From Eledone cirrhosa (lineage: Eukaryota), in NCBI GenBank assembly GCA_964016885.1, contig OZ024756.1:39742001-39806000 (forward strand): a DNA stretch of 64,000 nucleotides, written 5' to 3'. The translations under genes were made by a program, and so were the position numbers. The notes below the pieces were generated by a model that was given only the letters and a program-made list of their open reading frames with translations, had not been told where the DNA came from and searched no databases. Position 1 is the stretch's first letter. Each line of letters begins with the position of its first letter. Below, piece by piece: positions 14,199-27,212 of the stretch.

Positions 14199-15105
14199 AA
14201 ATATATATATATATAGAGAGAGAGAGAGAGGGAGAGAGAGAGAGAGGGGGGGGTAGATAGATATGTTTCTTTATTTGCCTCAAGGACGCACAAGAAATGG
14301 GACATTACAGGACGTATGGCGGTGGTTTTACAGTTTTACGGTTTTAAAATAAATAAAGAACGGTCGAAATCCCGAAATAGAAAGATAGATAGATAGGTAT
14401 AGGGGAAATAACTCTCTTTGACAAATTTACCTTGGTTTGGGAGAGTATTTACCTCCGTTAGACGTGGTAATGTTATAACTACTAATAACAATTAGTTGCT
14501 GTTTATGTTTAATTACGAGTCCTGCCAACATAAAATGTATATGTCTAACAACAAACATGAAATTATTCTTGATGTTAAATCCGTTAAAATTATACATACT
14601 CAATTATTGAGAAAATTAATCTGAATTATATCGATTTTTTTAGGATAAGATTTTCACGTAATCCAAAGTTTGTTGAATCTTCAAAAGAAACTGAGACTAA
14701 TAATAGATCGTAAATCGATAACTATAGCTTGAAAGAAAGCAAAATAAGGTTTAAACAATATATTTATACACATCGTGTATTGTTTGCGATATTGGTGATC
14801 TATTTACCCTTAGCGGCGGTGTTATGAAGATTAGTTCCTAATAATTACAATTCCGTGTAATACGTGAGAAGAGTCTAAAGTTCAATTGATATTGACTATG
14901 TTGTTCTTATTTGACAAATCAGAATAGATTACACCCTAAAGGGAAAACAAAACGACTAGTATTCAAACATATACGTTTTGTTAGCTGTCACTGACTCCAT
15001 TGAAAACTTCTAGTGTCTTGCTAAAACCAAGCACCGTAGCGATCTATAGTCACTAATACAACGCTATCCACCCAACTGTACTGTACATGTGAACTGAGAA
15101 ATAAT

Positions 15106-15170
15106 TGTTTCTACTTTGGGCACAAGGCCAGCAATCACCGAGTGCATTACTGGTACTTTATTTTATCGAC
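15106..15170 (-). mobile_element. SINE family 1 (short form) remnant just upstream of the DECR1 ATG
   Basis: Reverse complement of GTCGATAAAATAAAGTACCAG...GCTGGCCTTGTGCC..AGTAGAAACA. Confidence 0.8.
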
Positions 15171-15188
15171 GAAATAATATCTACGAGA

Positions 15189-15275
15189 ATGTCTTCTATT
15201 TTGTTCCGTACCAGTTCGTTCCGTTGTCAAACCATTGCTCGGAACTGGAACTTTACTACTGATCTTTACAAACCA
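15189..15275 (+). CDS. DECR1: 2,4-dienoyl-CoA reductase, mitochondrial: exon 1 (presequence)
   Basis: MSSILFRTSSFRCQTIARNWNFTTDLYKP is Arg/Ser-rich like a mitochondrial targeting peptide. Ends phase 0 at a GTGAGT donor, compatible with exon 2. Confidence 0.75.
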
Positions 15276-15282
15276 GTGAGTC

Positions 15283-15650
15283 CGTCTTCGTATTTGTTGT
15301 TTGCGTGTGTGAGTGTATGAGTCTGTCTTCGTATTTGTTGTCTGCTTGTGTGAGTGCGTGTATGTGTGTGTTTGTGTGTGCTTGCATGTGTGTGTGTGTG
15401 TCTGTCTTCGTATATGTTGTCTGCTTGTGCGTGTATGTGTGTGTGAGTCTGTCTTCGTATATGTTGTCTGCTTGTGTGAGTGCGTGTATGTGTGTGTTTG
15501 TGTGTGCTTGCATGTGTGTGTGTGTGAGTCTGTCTTCGTATATGTTGTCTGCTTGTGTGAGTGTGTGTGTGTGTAAGTGTGCCGTTGATGTGTGCTTGTG
15601 TGTGTGTGTGAGTGTGAGTGTGCCTTCGTATTTGGTGTGTGCTTGTGTGT
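15283..15650. repeat. Compound repeat GTCTGTCTTCGTATATGTTGTCTGCTTG + (TG)n
   Basis: About 5-6 units in DECR1 intron 1. Confidence 0.85.
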
Positions 15651-16126
15651 GTTCTTTCCGAGTTTAGTATCAGGTCAAACATGATCCAAGAGGCCGATAT
15701 TCAAACGCATTCCAGCCATGACCATCCCGTCTGTTTACGGTTATGTGAAACTACATAATACATGTGACTTATCTATTTATAAAAAGGATAGGGTGAGGTT
15801 TGAGGGGTGTTTGGCTGCTATTTCTAGCAAATTCAGAGGCCGGTACTTCGGACAGTAAACTGGAAATTTTATTAAAATTTGATATTTATTTTTGATATTT
15901 ATTTTTTTTAGTTGTGCATATGTACCTGTGCCTTATTTACCTGTGTTATATTTACCTGTGTCGTTATTACCTACATCTACTTTTGATTAATCTAATGATA
16001 CGACGTGGTTAAATAACCTAGCAACATCAACCTATATTTTAACCTGACATTGTTTTGTTTGTTTGCTTTTCTTTTCATTTGTCATCTCTAATCCTGTAAT
16101 CTGGATGTCAACTTTCATATATAACC

Positions 16127-16620
16127 AGTAGTGTAGCTAGAGGGAGGGGGAGGGGTGATCCACACTGGGTGACACTTTTATGGGGGTAACACTTTTGTGG
16201 GGGCAACACTTTTGGGCTCTGCTGTAGGCTATAACTTCCTTTTAATACTGCAGCATAGTATTATAATTGTACACAGACTAGTTAATATATATATCATCAT
16301 CATCATAATCGATTAACATCCATCTTCCACGCTAGCATGGGTTAGACAGGTCCTATTTTGAGGCAAGTTGTGTCGGATAACCATGTCTCGCTCATATAGA
16401 GGTGTTTCTGACTGGTTTTCTATGGCTGGATGCCCTTCCTAACGCTAACCACATTTACAGTGTGGGCTGGGTTCTTTTTGCGTCTTTTACATACGTTTCC
16501 ACTTTATATATATATAACTTTAAGAGTGAGTCACTGAGCAATATGTATTTTTTGTGAAGGGCCCAAGGGCGACAAACTGAAGGGCTGCCCTGGGTAGCAC
16601 ACACTCTAGCTACGTAACTT
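16127..16620 (-). mobile_element. hAT-like MITE carrying a SINE family 2 segment
   Basis: Termini share inverted GTAGCTAGAG. SINE 3' half at 16294-16480. Matches 6876-7208. Confidence 0.6.
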
Positions 16621-16786
16621 AACAAGATTTGGACTCATTGGTTCATGTAGTGTAATTCTGCTGACCCTGGTGGGATTTAAACTCATTGACTCATATAGTG
16701 TGGTGAAGTCTGACTTACATAAAGGACCATGACTAGATTCACGGAATATTAAATCTATGAGAAAACAATTTCTATTGCCTTTCTAG

Positions 16787-17065
<279 letters not shown>

Positions 17066-17119
17066 TAACTATTGTTTCCTATTAATAGTAACACACTTTA
17101 GTATGGTATACAGTTTGAT

Positions 17120-17480
17120 TTCCATGTATCTAACACACGTGGGCATGCCTACAAAGTCAGAAAACTGCACAGCTCCCATGACTTTCAGAAACATTTTTCG
17201 CGCTCAGAGTTGTTGAATCATGGAACAAACTCCCTGCCTCAGTTGTTAGCTGTCGAGACACTGCATCTTTTAAAACCTCCATGCTTCCTGAGATTCGCCA
17301 ACACTACACCTGATATCCCCCCTCCCCCTCCAGACACACGCACACATGTATTTCATGACTCATATGCTGTTCATTTTCCTGACATTTGAACATTATTCTA
17401 TGTACTATACATGCACCTTTGATGAGTTGTAGTGCACCTGAGAATTCTACACAATAATTTCATTATCATTATTATTATAT
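17120..17480 (+). mobile_element. CR1-group LINE 3' end
   Basis: Encodes TRGHAYK.....RVVESWNKLPASVV....SFK, then a 3' UTR and (ATT)n tail. Small copy at ~19110-19210. Confidence 0.8.
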
Positions 17481-17577
17481 TGTAATACGAGACAAAACAA
17501 AGTTCTACGGCCAACATAACAGAAACATAAGCTTAAGTAAATGTATTCCACATGCCACCACCGTAAATTAAACTTAA

Positions 17578-17817
17578 CCCTTTACCATTTACATTACTCT
17601 ATATATACTATTGTATTTTTGCAGTAAAGGCTTTATCTCACACAATATCTCATATCTTACATAATTATCTCATATAATATCGAATTTATGAGATTTTGAT
17701 ATTTTTTATTTTGAGAACAATACCTTAACATCAGAATCAGTATCCAATTACAGCCGGTTTCAACAGAAATAGGTGAGAGAATTCTGGCCAGATATGGCTG
17801 GTTTAAATGCTAAAGGG
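17578..17817 (+). mobile_element. piggyBac-type MITE (~240 bp)
   Basis: TTAA on both sides. TIR CCCTTTA(G/C)CATTTA / TAAATGCTAAAGGG. At least 7 copies in the window. Confidence 0.88.
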
Positions 17818-18076
17818 TTAAGGGTCAGTCCCACTAAAGCAATTCAGTGTATGTACCATCTAGTTTCTTCTCAAGTGCTTGTGTCAGGGTCCATGTATCT
17901 GATCTGTACAACAACACTGATTCAATGAAATGGGAGTTGTGATTTCCATACTGTTACCAAATAAAAAGCAGGGGACTATCTAAATATACAGAAAATTCAC
18001 ATCAACTTTGTTATCAATAATTAATTGTTATAAATAATTAAATAATTAATTAACTTCAATGCTGGTTTACTTCCAG

Positions 18077-18134
18077 AAAAGAAGATATTTTAAAGAAAAC
18101 AGCTGAAGAAATCTCTGGGAAAACTGGAAATACA
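18077..18134 (+). CDS. DECR1: DECR1 exon 3
   Basis: 58 bp, (R)KEDILKKTAEEISGKTGNT. Phases 2/0 consistent with neighbours. Confidence 0.95.
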
Positions 18135-18322
18135 GTAATATAATTTCTATTTTAATATTTCGTGTCTGTGTCAGATGTGTCTATGACTGAAGCAGGATCA
18201 CTGTATCTGCTATGAATTAAAAGGAATGAATGGACTTTGATGAATGTGTTGAACATGTGATGGCAAGGAAGATGTATGAAGAAAACAACAGGAAATGAGT
18301 TAACAATATTGGTTATTTTTAA

Positions 18323-18662
18323 TCCTTTAACATTTACATTACTTTATATTTACTGTTATATTTTTATGGTAAAGGTTTTACCTCATATAATTATCTCACA
18401 TATAACTTTGACTTTCATCCTTACGGGATTGATAAAATAAAGTACCAGTAATGTACTGGGGTCGATTTAATCAACTTCCCCTCCCCTCAAGTTGCTGGCT
18501 TTGTGCCTAAATCAGAAACCATAATCGAATCTATGAGATTTTGATGTTATTTATTTTGAGAATAATACCTTAACATCAGTAGAAGTGGCTAGTTACAGCC
18601 AGTTTGACCGGAAAGAAGTAAGAGATTTCTGGCCGAATACGGAGGGTTTAAATGCTAAAGGG
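18323..18662 (+). mobile_element. piggyBac-type MITE with a nested 5'-truncated SINE family 1 (18403-18523)
   Basis: TTAA-flanked. MITE sequence resumes after the SINE tail. Confidence 0.82.
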
Positions 18663-18798
18663 TTAAAGGGGTTGTCACATTTTATGGCTAGATAAACAAG
18701 GTGGCCATATCTGGACTTGGATTCTATGATAGCACAATTTTGTATCCCTAAATATCATAATATTTACTGAAACTTTATATTTTCCTGTATATCTTCAG

Positions 18799-19033
18799 GT
18801 TCTTCCTGTTGCTGCCGATGTCCGTGATGTAGAAACTATATGTTCTGCTATTGACAAATGTGAATCTTCATTTGGTCTCCCCAACATTATCATCAATAAT
18901 GCAGCTGGCAACTTTATCTCCCCATCAGAACGGCTCTCTGTTAATGCTTGGAAGACCATCACAGATATTGCCTTAAATGGCACTGCCAACATAACTCTGG
19001 AAATCGGTAAACGACTCATTAAAGCTGAACAAG
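18799..19033 (+). CDS. DECR1: DECR1 exon 4
   Basis: 235 bp, VLPVAADVRD...INNAAGNFISPSERLSVNAWKTITDIALNGTA (SDR NNAG motif). Confidence 0.97.
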
Positions 19034-19555
19034 GTAAACTGACAACATTTCTTTTTGGATTTTATTTACTTGTTATATTTCTTTTATTTTTTTTTATTTT
19101 AGGTATTTTTGTGAAGCATGGAACAAACAAACTACCTACATCAGTTGTTAGCTGTTGGGACACTACATCCTTGAAAACTTCCATGCTTCCCAAAATTCAC
19201 CAACCTGGTGTATATTTGAGATGGGGAGAGCGGGAGAGACAGAGGCTGTGACAGTGGGAGTTTGGTTCCTTTGTGTTTGGACCTGGTGTATATGTGAGAT
19301 GGGGAGAGCAAGAGAGATGGAAGTAGTGACAGTAGGAGTTTGGTTCCTTTGTGTTCGGACCTGGTGTATATGTATACATTTATTTACCACACCACATTAA
19401 CTGCTTACAATTCTCCTCACCAATATTTCCAGCCCTACAGCCAAGCTTAAACCTTTTCAATGGTGAAATACTCTCAGGTCTGGAATAACCGTCCCAAACC
19501 CAAACCCCACCCTGCTTATTAATTTTTGAGATTTTTCTGCACCAGCAGGTCTTAA

Positions 19556-19690
<135 letters not shown>

Positions 19691-19916
19691 TAAGAAATTT
19701 TGATTTATCTTGTTCATATATATACAGAGTGTCCCCCGAAAATGTATACATACTTCAACAGCATTCTAATAAATATTGACTGTATGTGGTGACTTCTCTG
19801 CATTCATTGCCCATGTTTCACAAACATGCAACATCACACATCACACATCACACACAGGCATCATATTGATGTGATGACTCTATTCATGTAGAGTCATATT
19901 TACCTTGTGTTAGGTG

Positions 19917-20072
19917 CAGTGCCAAATTTAGGACAAATGAGGCCCTGTACTAGTTAAGTTATGAGGCCCCTTACTTGGGCCCTGGCTGGAAGATGCCCCC
20001 CACCCCCCCATCATCTGGCCAGCAGGGCCCTGTGCTTAAGCACACCTAAGCACAATAGTAAATCCGGCACTG
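19917..20072. mobile_element. hAT-type MITE (156 bp)
   Basis: TIR CAGTGCC..ATTTA / TAAATCCGGCACTG and 8-bp TSD GTTAGGTG / GTTATGTG. Confidence 0.85.
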
Positions 20073-20470
20073 GTTATGTGGTAGCCAAAGACTTGACAGA
20101 ACTTGAGGTTCAATCACCCAAGATACACACACACATACACACACTTATATATATATATAATCTTACATTTCCTTCAACATAACTACCATATGTCATCTAT
20201 TAGAGATAGTACAAATTCCTCCAGTCCTAAAGATAACCCCCACCTGTCTATATTTACTTTAGGTGTGTTGTTGTTTAGCTCCAGTTTATTTAATTACTCT
20301 CAGGTCTTGAATAACCACCTCTACCCCACCACTCATTAATTTTTCAGATTTTCTCCAACACCATCCCCAACCCCACTCCCCACTACGCTTATTAAATTTT
20401 GCTAATCTATCTTTGGTGAAATTTTATTGTAAGTGATTCATATTGATACAGCAGCTGGAGAATCTAATAA

Positions 20471-20660
20471 TTGTTTCTGCATTTGGCACAAGGCCAGCAA
20501 TTAGCCAGTGTATTACTGGTACTTTATTTTATTGACCCCATAAGGATGAAAGGCAAAGTTAACTTTGGCGGGATTTTAACTCAGACCATAAAGGGCCATA
20601 ACTCTGTGCTGCAAAGCATGGCGTCCGACCCTCTACCGATACTGCCAATCCACCACGCTA
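20471..20660 (-). mobile_element. SINE family 1 (short form)
   Basis: Near full-length reverse-complement copy. Confidence 0.82.
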
Positions 20661-21018
20661 ATAATGGTTTTATTTTACATTTAAAAAAAAACATTATATA
20701 TGACAAACAAAGAACATTACAAGAAATCACATATTTACGAACTTACACTATACAATTACCGACACCCCCCTCCCCCGTTATAAGAATTCAAGCAAATGTC
20801 CAACCCACCCCCATCCCGCTTATTCCGCCCCACCCCACCCCTATTATTTGGGACCCGAGAGTATTTTATGAAACAAAGTGGATCGTTATTCAATGTGCTT
20901 TTATTTTTTCTAACGGTAGAGAGCGAATTTTGCTGCTATTTATATAATAATAATAATAATGTAATTATCGTGTACAGTTCTGCGGTGCACTACAACAAAA
21001 AGTAGATCAGCCACCGGA

Positions 21019-21091
21019 TGCCGAAACCCAGGAATGAACCAGGGATCTTTAGATCTTCAGTGTAACGCTCTCCCAACTGAGCTATTTCGGC
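21019..21091 (-). tRNA. tRNA-Phe(GAA), probably degenerate or a pseudogene
   Basis: GCCGAAATAGCTCAGTTGGGAGAGCGTTACACTGAAGATCTAAAGATCCCTGGTTCATTCCTGGGTTTCGGCA. C.C mismatch in the anticodon stem and A58>T. T5 run 17 nt downstream. Confidence 0.9.
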
Positions 21092-21349
21092 TGATTTCTA
21101 GTAGATTGAGTGGTTGCATAGATTAACTTAGTTTGAGTGAGTGTGACTGTGTTTTAGACAATAACGTGTTATTTCTATCTCCGAACTTGTTTGAAGTCGT
21201 CTAATTTCATATTTCGTTTTATCTTCACAACTCCTGACACCAAAACAAACAAAAATTGCTAAATCACGGAAGTGAGTCGTAACAAATTCAAGGGAAGTAA
21301 TTCATGTAACCTTCTTGCTGGAGTACGGTTATTAGTTATTTCCCTTTAA

Positions 21350-21532
<183 letters not shown>

Positions 21533-21845
21533 TAACACCAACTTATATAGTTTTCACTATTTCTGCCATAAGATATGACTCTCGTGAATTCTAATCTTCC
21601 TCCTTTTGTTCTAGAGACGGCCTGTATTTACTTCACCGCTACCAAACTTTTTTTAATCTTCTATGTTAATCTTAACATTGCTTGCAATAAAAAATAGAAA
21701 AATAAAATAAATTTTAAGTAATGAATGTAAGGAGAATATATATATATTTATACACACACACACACACACATATATATATGTATATAGGTGTGTGTGTGTA
21801 TATATCTTCTTACATTCATTACTTAAAATTTATTTTATTTTCTAC

Positions 21846-21916
<71 letters not shown>

Positions 21917-21967
21917 AGCAAGTATAGCACCAAGAAAAATATAGACTTTGGCAAGAGGAGATAGAAA

Positions 21968-22025
<58 letters not shown>

Positions 22026-22084
22026 GCACACACATATTATATACATATATACACACACACATATATATACACACACATATATAA

Positions 22085-22342
<258 letters not shown>

Positions 22343-22382
22343 TAACCCTTTAGTATTAACATTACATTACTCTATATTTTGT

Positions 22383-22525
22383 GAAGGCGTATGGCTTAGT
22401 GGTTAGAGCATTGGGCTTGCAATCGAAAGGCTGTGAGTTCAATTCTTGGACCGGGTGATGTGTTGTTTCCTTGAGCAAGACACTTTATTTCACGTTGTTC
22501 CAGTTTACTCAGCTGTAGAAATGAG
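22383..22525 (+). mobile_element. tRNA-derived SINE with CORE-like domain (5' part)
   Basis: A-box TGGCTTAGTGG and B-box GAGTTCAATTC, then CCTTGAGCAAGACACTT...CAGCTGTAGAAATGAG. Confidence 0.78.
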
Positions 22526-22856
22526 ATGATAGGACTGGGGTCCCTATCATTAAAATCACCCAAGACACCTCCAATGAGATATACCTTGGAGGAGGCCAGC
22601 TAAACCTGCATAGGTGTGAGCTGTCACAACAACAACTCTATATTTACCCATCTCATAGGGCCTTTCTAAACTTATATTTAACCAAAAGGTCCTTTAGCTT
22701 CCAAATCCTCTATTTCTATGCACCTCTGCATCTCTTGTTCTGTCTTGTGTTTAATCTGAAGACAGTAATAACCAACTTGTGTTCGGTGGCACATTCTTCT
22801 CCAAGGAAGGCCTTAGCATTTATTACAGTCTGTTTATCTCATTGTCTTACAATTAA

Positions 22857-23124
22857 CCCTTTAGCATTTACATTACTCTATATATACTATTGTATTTTCA
22901 CAGTAAAGGCTTTATTTTACATAACATTTACATTACTCTATATATGCTATTGTATTTTCACAGTAAAGGCTTTATTTTACATAATATTGAATCTATGAGA
23001 GTTTGTTATTATTTATTTTGATAACAATACCTTAACATGAGTATGAGCAGCTAGTTACAGCTGGTTTGAACAGAAAGAGGTGAGACAATTCTGGCTGGTT
23101 ATGGCCGGTTTAAATGCTAAAGGG
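22857..23124 (+). mobile_element. piggyBac-type MITE with internal 60-bp duplication
   Basis: Same TIRs as 17578-17817. Confidence 0.85.
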
Positions 23125-23427
23125 TTTAGAAATCACCCTGGCTTGTGTAATTGTCCGATTGGTATGTAGTCAGATGGCTAGACAGTTTCCTTAAATTTAT
23201 ATTGTAAATGGTTGTTAATTCATTTACATCAAAGAATTCCAGGATGTATAATATTATTCTCTCTCCTTCACTCTATCTATCTATCCTTCTCACTTTCTTT
23301 CACCCTATCGCTCTCTCTCCTTTTCGCCCTCTTTCACCCTATCTATCTATCACCTTCTCACTGTCCTTCACTCTATCTATCTCATTCTCACTCTCTTTCA
23401 CCCTATCTCTCTCTCTTTCACACTATG

Positions 23428-23507
<80 letters not shown>

Positions 23508-23649
23508 ACACTATCTGTCTCTCTCTATCTCTCTCTTTCTCACTCTTTCACCTTATCTCTCTCTCTCTCCCTCTCTCACTCTCTCTTTCTAACATATCTC
23601 TCTCTAACATCTCTCTCTCTCTCTAACATCTCTCTCTCTCTATTCTCAG

Positions 23650-23772
23650 GTGTTCCGTTTTGATGGAGGTGAATATCCAAGTATGGCCGGAGAGTTCAAC
23701 AACCTCCTAGACATTACACCAGAACAGTGGGACATGATGGAGAAAATGATTCGTAAAGTGAAGGGTTCCTAA
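23650..23772 (+). CDS. DECR1: DECR1 exon 8 (terminal)
   Basis: VFRFDGGEYPSMAGEFNNLLDITPEQWDMMEKMIRKVKGS*. Acceptor follows a long (CT)n tract. Joined CDS is 1035 nt = 344 aa. Confidence 0.96.
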   Translation: MFRFDGGEYPSMAGEFNNLLDITPEQWDMMEKMIRKVKGS

Positions 23773-23844
23773 ATAGAATTCTCATTATTTTATAGTTACC
23801 TATGTACATAAAGCCCCAAATTGTATTATCATTGTTATTCAGCA

Positions 23845-24285
23845 GGGTGGTGGATTGGCAGTATCAGTAGAAGGTCGGACGCCATGCTTTGCAGCATAGA
23901 GTTACGGCCCTTTATGATCTGAGTTCAAATCCCACCGAGGTTAACTTTGCCTTTCATCCTTACAGGGGTCGATAAAATAAAGTACCAGTCATGCACTGGG
24001 GTCGGTTTAATCGACTTTCCCCTCGCCCAAAATTGCTGGCCTTGTGCCTATATAAGAAACCATTATTATTCAGCAGAATCGGTAGAGCGTCGGACGCCAT
24101 GCTTCGCGGCATAGAGTTACGGCCCTTTACGTTTTGATTTCAAATCTCGCCGAGGTTAGCTTTGCCTTTCATCCTTATGGTGTCAATAAAATAAAGTACC
24201 AGTAATGCACTGGGGCCGATTTAATCAATTTTCCCAGTCTCAAAAAATTGCTGGCCTTGTGCCTATAGTAGCAACACTTATTATA
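23845..24285 (+). mobile_element. Two tandem SINE family 1 copies (long form) in the likely DECR1 3' UTR
   Basis: 23845-24061 is flanked by repeated TTATTCAGCAG (TSD-like). Second copy at 24073-24285. Confidence 0.85.
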
Positions 24286-24444
24286 AAGTACTAGTTACAT
24301 ATTGGTTTGATATAATAACTTTCCCTTCCTCCCAAACTTCTGAGAACAACACCTTGACATCAGTATGAGGGGCCAGTTATCGCCGGTTTCAACAGTGAGA
24401 GAATTCTGGCTGGATATGGCCGGTTTAAATGATAAAGGAAAGGG

Positions 24445-24752
24445 TTAAAGTACTGGGACTGTCACCCTTAAAGTACTGGGACTGTCACCCTTAAAGTACT
24501 GGGACTCTCATCTTTAAAGTACTGGGACTGTCATCCTTAAAGTACTGGGACTGTCATCCTTAAAGTACTGGGACTGTCACCCTTAAAGTACTGGGACTGT
24601 CACCCTTAAAGTACTGGGACTCTCATCTTTAAAGTACTGGGACTGTAATCTTTAAATTACTGGGACTGTCATCCTTAAAGTACTGGGACTGTCACCCTTA
24701 AAGTACTGGGACTGTCACCCTTAAGTACTGGGACTGTCACCCTTAAAGTACT
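24445..24752. repeat. 23-bp minisatellite (TTAAAGTACTGGGACTGTCACCC)
   Basis: About 13 units, starting at the TTAA end of a partial MITE. Confidence 0.93.
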
Positions 24753-25035
24753 AGAGCTGATATAATTCATGAGTACCAATGATTTCCAAATATCTTTTTA
24801 CTCACAACAGACTGAGAGCAAATGAAAATATTTTTCTACACTTTGTATTAAAATATGTATTAAAAAAATATATTTATATAATTTAGTCAATAAATATAAA
24901 TATTTTGAACTATAGAAAATTAAGTACTTATTTCTTTATTCAATAAATGAAGCTGATTGTATTTTCCCCATGTATTAAAATATAATTATATTATTTTCAT
25001 GGTACACCAGTTTAGGAGCTACTTGAATAGGATGT

Positions 25036-25200
25036 CATCATCACCATCATCATCATCATCGAGTAACATCTATCTTCCACACTAACATGGGTTAGATGGG
25101 TCTCATTTAGAGGTAAGTTGGGTCAGGTGACCGTGTCTTGCTCATATAGGGGTGTTTCTGGCTGGTTTTCTACAGCTAGATGCCCTTCCTAACACCAACG
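25036..25200 (-). mobile_element. SINE family 2 3' half
   Basis: (CAT)n tail plus the reverse complement of TTGGTGTTAGGAAGGGCATC. Other copies at 36515, 39661, 42320 and 45885. Confidence 0.75.
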
Positions 25201-25789
25201 GAATTGTGAGTTAATATATATATATCATTATACATGACTGGATATATATATCATTATACATGACTGGATAAGGCCCAAACAGACATTCACCAAAGTAACT
25301 TACACAAGACACACACGCATATATATAGATATTCAAACACACAAGATATACACACACACATATAAACATAAAAATAAATAATACACCCACGTTCAGAGAC
25401 CTCAAAAATACAATCATACGCAGATACCCTACTTCACACACACTCATAAACATATACACACACACAGATATTCACAGGTTTATTTACATACGACACACAC
25501 ATACATCTACCTTAAAGAAAACAGAGAGAGAGACATTCACACTTACACAAACACTTTCACACATACTGACCTCCAACATACAACACATGTGTGTGTATAT
25601 ATATATATATACAGAGACATACAGAGAGCTCACTTCAAACACACACATCAACAGATATTCATATATATACAGCTGTAAGTTCCCAGGCTTCTACAAAATG
25701 TAATATTGATAACAGTACACTGTAAGAAAACAAAAGCAAATGTTTTCATATTTAAAATCAACACAGCAGATGTTCAATCATGTAAACAT

Positions 25790-26070
25790 ATGAGGAATAT
25801 AACATAGTGTAATATCTACCTCTCTCACGTCAGATGTTAAGACATACAGATATCATAATATAATACAGTGTGATATCTCTACCTCTCTCACGTCAGAAGT
25901 TCAGACGTACAGATATCATAATATAACACAGTCTGATATCTCTACCTCTATTAGTTCAGACGTGCAGATATCATAATATAACACAGTGTGATATCTCTAC
26001 CTCTCTCACTTCATATGTTCAGTTGTCTAACATAGGAATATAACACAGTGTGATATCTGTACACCTCTCT
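25790..26070. repeat. Imperfect ~55-62 bp tandem repeat
   Basis: Recurring ATAATATAACACAGTGTGATATCTCTACCTCTCT, about 5 units. Confidence 0.8.
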
Positions 26071-26169
26071 AGACAGAGCATTGATGGTCTTAGTTAAGTG
26101 AAATATCTTTCAAGAATAAAATTGATTTCACAAAGGTTATTAATAAGGTAAGCTCACACAACTTAAATA

Positions 26170-26395
26170 TTACCTTTAGCATTTACATTACTCTATATAT
26201 ACTATTGTATTTTTGTGGTAAAGGCTTTATCTTACATAATTATCTCACATAATATCAAATCTACGATATTTTGATGTTATTTATTTTAAGAACAATACCT
26301 TAATGTCAGTATGAGTGGCTAATTATGGCTGATTTGAACAGAAAGAGGTGAGAGAATTCTGGCTGGATATGGCCAGTTTAAATGCTAAAGATTTA
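26170..26395 (+). mobile_element. piggyBac-type MITE
   Basis: Homologous to 17578-17817. Confidence 0.82.
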
Positions 26396-26794
26396 AAGTG
26401 ATGAACAAAAGTGAATCAAGAGTTAAATGTAAGAAGCTTGGAATGTGATACTGGGAAGTTGGTAATTCCTATTTTGTCATTACAAGGAAATGCTATTAAA
26501 TTCATTGGTTGTAATGGTTTTATTGAATCTTTCATAATCTATTAAGTTGCTGAAACTTATAGGTTCTCATGGTCGCAGTTCTTCCTTCATTCAGATATTT
26601 TTTAGCTAAAGATTGGTTTAGTTTGATTACTAATGTGGGGGTGTAGATTATGTGGCTGATAATATTCACAGACAAACTGGTACCAAATAGATTGGAATAT
26701 AAGCTTATTATCCATAAATCAATGGTTTGTTTCAGAGATAAAACAGTTGCTAAAAGATAATCAATTAAAAAACTTACTTGTATTTGCAATCAAA

Positions 26795-27212
26795 TTCTTC
26801 TGGTCATTACTCAAGATTCATGACCATAGGTAAGGGTTGGCCTGAATACCGAATTGAAGAGAGCGAGTTTGGCTTTTTCACCTACCTCCCTTCTTCTGAT
26901 TACTGAATGCTGAAGCTGGCACATTACTGCACCAGCTCCTGCAATTCTTACACTTAATTCTTTGGAGTAACGTTGCTTGATAGAGTGTGTAGCTTGGAGA
27001 TGAGAATCACTCCAGGTAGAGCCGCTACTTCTCCGAATTAAGAGATCACAGTTCTGACACTATGGACATGTGGTTAAAATGTCTCAGGAAAGAATTGCTG
27101 GGCATATTTTATGGGAGAAACCAACCGGCAGGAGACCCATCAAGATAGTTGGATAACACCCCTGAGCTTGGCTGGTCTCACTTGAGGATCCAGCCAGATC
27201 AGTTGGAGACAG
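26795..27212. mobile_element. RTE LINE (Rex3/Expander-like) with 5' inversion
   Basis: 26795-26958 on the minus strand encodes ELSVRIAGAGAVM...KAKLALFNSVFRPTLTYGHES*VMT. 26959-27212 on the plus strand continues FGVTLLDRV. Confidence 0.82.

Noticed and set aside
22383-22452. tRNA-like sequence as a real tRNA gene
   Set aside because: No acceptor-stem pairing, and it continues into a SINE core.
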